Positions 60,655 through 64,000 of a stretch of DNA of 64,000 nt are shown one piece after another. The DNA is from an uncultured archaeon. Lineage in GTDB: Archaea > Thermoproteota > EX4484-205 > JAAOZP01. Every line of letters begins with the position of its first letter. Positions within the stretch are counted from its first letter, which is position 1. A model generated the notes under the pieces. That model was given only the letters and a program-made list of their open reading frames with translations, did no database searches and was not told where the DNA came from. The DNA lies in NCBI GenBank assembly GCA_938045545.1, contig CALIBN010000010.1, positions 1 to 64,000 on the forward strand. The letters are read 5' to 3'. Position numbers and translations under genes: made by a program.

Positions 60655-61113
60655 TCAGCCACCCACCCCAAATGCTTTCCTGAAGACCTGCAGGAAGAAG
60701 GAGAGGGATATGAAGTACCAGAGGCCGTAGTTCAACTGTACCTGCTCGTTTCCACCGTATAGCGATGCTGAGAAGCGTCCGGCTACATCCCCCATGGGTA
60801 GTGTGAACCATAGAAGGTAGAATGCTGAAAGCATGATGCCCATGTTCACGAGCATTGTTTTAAGCTGGAATGAGGAGACCTCCTGCTCAACCTGGGACAT
60901 GTAGACCTTCTGCTTGTCGAGCTTTTTAAGAAGCTTCTGATCCTTAAGCCTGGCTGCGGCGGCACGCTCCAACCTGTATGCTTTCAACTCCTCAGTCTTC
61001 AACCTCATCCTTTCAGGGTGTAGGATGAATTTCAAAACCAAGTGGCCTAGGAGCGAGGCGGTTGCTGAGACAAGCGTCACCGTGACAATTCCACTAACAG
61101 GCAATCGCATCAT
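60655..61113 (-). CDS. DUF106 / EMC3-TMCO1 (Oxa1 superfamily) membrane protein
   Basis: TM-coiled coil-TM layout, WYF motif, position after secY. Confidence 0.8.
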   Translation of the reverse strand: MMRLPVSGIVTVTLVSATASLLGHLVLKFILHPERMRLKTEELKAYRLERAAAARLKDQKLLKKLDKQKVYMSQVEQEVSSFQLKTMLVNMGIMLSAFYLLWFTLPMGDVAGRFSASLYGGNEQVQLNYGLWYFISLSFFLQVFRKAFGVGG

Positions 61114-61213
61114 CCTCCGTGGTAAACGAGTTTAAACCATTCTTAGCGGGGTGCTCAACACTACGCGTCATGCTAACTCGTCGGAAAACCGGATGTTAAA
61201 TAAATGTTTCTGG

Positions 61214-62620
61214 CTACTTGCCAAGCACCTTAAGCAGGCCGGGATGGGTTTCAATAGTCTCCTCCATTATTAACTGGTAGTACTGCTGAATAATGTCCAC
61301 CGCCAGCAGGACGCCCATGCCCCCGCCTATGACGGCGAGCACGTCCCCCACGCCGGCGATAAGCCCGATCGTTAAGCCGCCTAGGAGCGCAACCGTGTTT
61401 ATGTAGGGAGCTATTTTACTCTCGATTACTCCAGGAGTAGACCTGAATCCTCTTAGGAAAACGTCTGAGTCAACCAGCTGAGATGAAACCGACTTAGCGT
61501 CCATGCCTGAAACCGAAAGCCAAACCATCGACAGGCCTAGGCTTAGAAGGGCGAGCAGAAGCACGTAGCCTACTGCGCGGAGGGGCTCCGCAGCAACATG
61601 CGTGATGCCTCTCGGAGGGTTCACCAGCCAGGCTAAGCCTGAAACAGGAACATACGTGTTGTTAACAACTTCAACCCTGCCTATGAAGTCAGCCACCGGG
61701 GTGTTAGCCAGCCAGGTTCCACTCGCAACATTAGCCATCAGCTGTATGTTTGAGAAGATTGCCGCCGCGAGAATGACTGGAATGTTTGAAACGTAGAGCA
61801 GCCTGATGGGGAAGCCTCTGGAGAAGCCTCTGAAACGGCCGTGGGAAATCGGAACGTTAATCCTAACGTTTTCAAGGTAGACGAGTAGGAGTATGAACAT
61901 TACGGTTATGATCAGCTGGAAAAGCGTGGGAACCGCGGGAGCACCCCTGTAGAAAAAGTCGGCGAGAGGGCTTTGAAGAGAGAAAGCCTTTTGAAAGAAG
62001 AAGAGCAGGACTCCCCACATGTAGCCGTCGGGCGCTGGAAGAGGGTTTAAGCAGCCCAGCCATATTTCCTTAGCGACGCCGGCGAGGATGAACAGGCTTA
62101 TTCCGCTGCCTAGGCCCCAGCCCTTTTGAAGAGTCTCATCCAGAAAGAGGAGGAGAATCGAGGCTATTGAAAGCTGCATTACAGCTATGATTTCAGCCTT
62201 CAGGCTCAATTTCCCTAGGGACCCGCTGAAAACAGTTGAGCCCGCTGAGAAAAGGATGATCAACAAGGTAGCCAGCTTCGTCGCTACCTGCAGCATCCTC
62301 CTGTCATACTCGGAGCCGGGGTCGAACCTGATCAAGCCGGAGCCGGCTAAAAGCTGAACTACGAGGCTGCCTGTTACGAGGGGCCCGATGCCAAGGTGGA
62401 GGAGCGAGCCCTGCTGCCCTCCTATTATGATCCTGTATGATGCCCATGGGTCAGCCCCTTGGGAGACAATCCCGTAGAGAGGAATATAGCCCATAACCAG
62501 GTAGAACGCTAGGATAAGCCCTGTCCACATAAGCCGGGTGGTGAAGCCAACCTTTCTAGTAGGCGCCTCTATCTGGGGGACGTATGGCTCAATACTCTCC
62601 ATGGCTTCCAGGAAACCCAT
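61214..62620 (-). CDS. secY: preprotein translocase SecY
   Basis: LGIGP.VT, KGWGLGSGISLFI, LLYVSNIP. Confidence 0.97.
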   Translation of the reverse strand: MGFLEAMESIEPYVPQIEAPTRKVGFTTRLMWTGLILAFYLVMGYIPLYGIVSQGADPWASYRIIIGGQQGSLLHLGIGPLVTGSLVVQLLAGSGLIRFDPGSEYDRRMLQVATKLATLLIILFSAGSTVFSGSLGKLSLKAEIIAVMQLSIASILLLFLDETLQKGWGLGSGISLFILAGVAKEIWLGCLNPLPAPDGYMWGVLLFFFQKAFSLQSPLADFFYRGAPAVPTLFQLIITVMFILLLVYLENVRINVPISHGRFRGFSRGFPIRLLYVSNIPVILAAAIFSNIQLMANVASGTWLANTPVADFIGRVEVVNNTYVPVSGLAWLVNPPRGITHVAAEPLRAVGYVLLLALLSLGLSMVWLSVSGMDAKSVSSQLVDSDVFLRGFRSTPGVIESKIAPYINTVALLGGLTIGLIAGVGDVLAVIGGGMGVLLAVDIIQQYYQLIMEETIETHPGLLKVLGK

Positions 62621-63039
62621 TAGGGTTCACCAGGCTTAACAATCCTGCCGCCCTTAGCCTCCACCTTCATCCTTGCCTTCTCGCTAAAGGATGCAACCTT
62701 AACAACGTAGGCAGTGGAAACACTCCCTGAACCCAGAAGCTTAGAATAGCCGAGCGCAGCGAGATCAAGCGTTTTCTCACCTTCTGAAGCCTGGCCACGT
62801 GTCCTCCTATAGAGTTCATCAAGCTCCCCGACGTTTATCTTTTCCCCTTCAACCCTTGGAACCCTCCTTATGAAACCCTTCTCCTTCTCCTCCTTGTAGA
62901 ACATTAGAAACTTGTGCCCCATGCTGCCAGCCCTGCCAACGCCGCCTCGCGATCCTGATTTACGATGCTGGCCTATCTGACCCCAGCCGTGGGTCCTGCT
63001 TCCCCGCATCTTCCTCACTTTTCTCAACCTGGTCGGCAA
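62620..63039 (-). CDS. rpl15: ribosomal protein uL15
   Basis: RGSRTHGWG...HR.SG.RGG.G. Confidence 0.95.
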   Translation of the reverse strand: MPTRLRKVRKMRGSRTHGWGQIGQHRKSGSRGGVGRAGSMGHKFLMFYKEEKEKGFIRRVPRVEGEKINVGELDELYRRTRGQASEGEKTLDLAALGYSKLLGSGSVSTAYVVKVASFSEKARMKVEAKGGRIVKPGEP

Positions 63040-63172
63040 CTTCTCGGCGAGAAGAGCATTCTGGACTTTTTAACCCTTACCGTTGAGCCCAGTGTAAGTT
63101 TTAAACCGGTTTTACACCCTTAGTCCAAGTTAATCAACGGTCTTAAAAGTCTTCCAGCCTGATCAGGCTCAG

Positions 63173-63664
63173 CTATATCATTCTCCGCAGAATCAAGCCT
63201 ACTCTGTCTCCCCAGTCGCCCAGTATACCGCCCTTCTTAACAGGCTTCTTAACACTTCTCTTAAACCCGCCTTTGGGAGGGGTTAGCCTGAAAACAGGCT
63301 TAACAGGCTTAATGGCTTCAGTCGGGGAACTGCTCATCCAGACTGCTTCAATCAGCTCGTCCAGCGTCCCGTATCCGGTGTATTTTGAAACATTCTCGTC
63401 GCTTAAACGCCTGTTTCCCGGAAGCCTGCCTCTTTTCAAGAGCAGTAAGCGAAGCATGTTTTTATCTACCCTTCCCCAGAAAACATAGTCCTTCACCTTT
63501 CTCAGCATGCCTTCAACAGGAGGAGTTAGCCTGACCAACGTAGACGAGTTCACCCTTAGAAGCCTAAGCTTTCTCAGCGTGGCGGAAACATCCCTAGTAA
63601 CGTTAACGGACCCCCTTATCCTAACGACTACTGCGAGCGGCGGAAGCTTTTCCTCAGCCTTCAA
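63173..63664 (-). CDS. rpl30: ribosomal protein uL30
   Basis: VVRIRG, GML.KV, FRL.PP.GG. Confidence 0.93.
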   Translation of the reverse strand: MKAEEKLPPLAVVVRIRGSVNVTRDVSATLRKLRLLRVNSSTLVRLTPPVEGMLRKVKDYVFWGRVDKNMLRLLLLKRGRLPGNRRLSDENVSKYTGYGTLDELIEAVWMSSSPTEAIKPVKPVFRLTPPKGGFKRSVKKPVKKGGILGDWGDRVGLILRRMI

Positions 63665-64000
63665 CGCGAGCAGCCTCCGAAGCCAGAAAGCTAGTCGTGT
63701 AAAGCCTTTTCAGAGCAAGGTAAGCAGCGGTTACGAACGAGTGACTGGTGGAGGTTGAGCCCTTAGTCTTAGACCAGACATCCCTTATTCCGGCAAGCCT
63801 GAAAAGAGGCTTCGCAGCATCGCCAACAACCAGACCGAGACCCTTGGGCCCGGGGAAGAGGGCAATATAGACGCTCCCCGTCTTTCCGAATGTTTTAGAA
63901 GGTATTGAATGCAGCTCCCCGCATTTACACTCCCATGAACCGCATCCCCTCGGCACAGGTATTATGTTAAGCCTAGCCTTTCTAGCAGCCTTCTCAATCG
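63654..64000 (-). CDS. rps5: ribosomal protein uS5 (5' end outside the window)
   Basis: RGCGSWEC.C...HSIP, P.P.GLGL, AGI.DVW. Confidence 0.95.
   Translation of the reverse strand, partial: IEKAARKARLNIIPVPRGCGSWECKCGELHSIPSKTFGKTGSVYIALFPGPKGLGLVVGDAAKPLFRLAGIRDVWSKTKGSTSTSHSFVTAAYLALKRLYTTSFLASEAARVEG

Noticed and set aside
5874-63758. Many antisense ORFs in the supplied track (e.g. 13669-14397, 40377-41180)
   Set aside because: Shadows of well-supported genes on the opposite strand

Overview
Archaeal chromosome segment with TACK/Thermoproteota-like gene content; the exact lineage cannot be fixed from sequence alone. The core is a complete aspartate-semialdehyde-type shikimate operon (lysC-asd-aroA'-aroB'-aroD-aroE-aroK-aroA-aroC-pheA), thr genes, KEOPS genes, a type-2 SerRS, aIF2-gamma/aIF5B, mvk/fni, ribosomal and RNAP clusters, secY, an intron-containing tRNA-Ser(GGA), and a cbf5 gene with a 13-nt BHB intron. 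Three accessory zones interrupt the core: a toxin-antitoxin patch (0-5.9 kb), an AT-rich cassette bounded by a perfect 33-bp direct repeat (27.1-29.8 kb), and a decayed island around tRNA-Ser (52.7-58.8 kb). The most notable signal is a divergent TGT-fold (DUF4417-like) family present twice. One copy has a Cys-rich N-terminus and heads a repeat-bounded cassette with a free-standing double-LAGLIDADG gene and an orphan gene. The other is fused to a metallophosphoesterase. Rpo7 and eL24 also appear to start at near-cognate codons (TTA, ACG). All family calls are by motif recognition; no database search was run.
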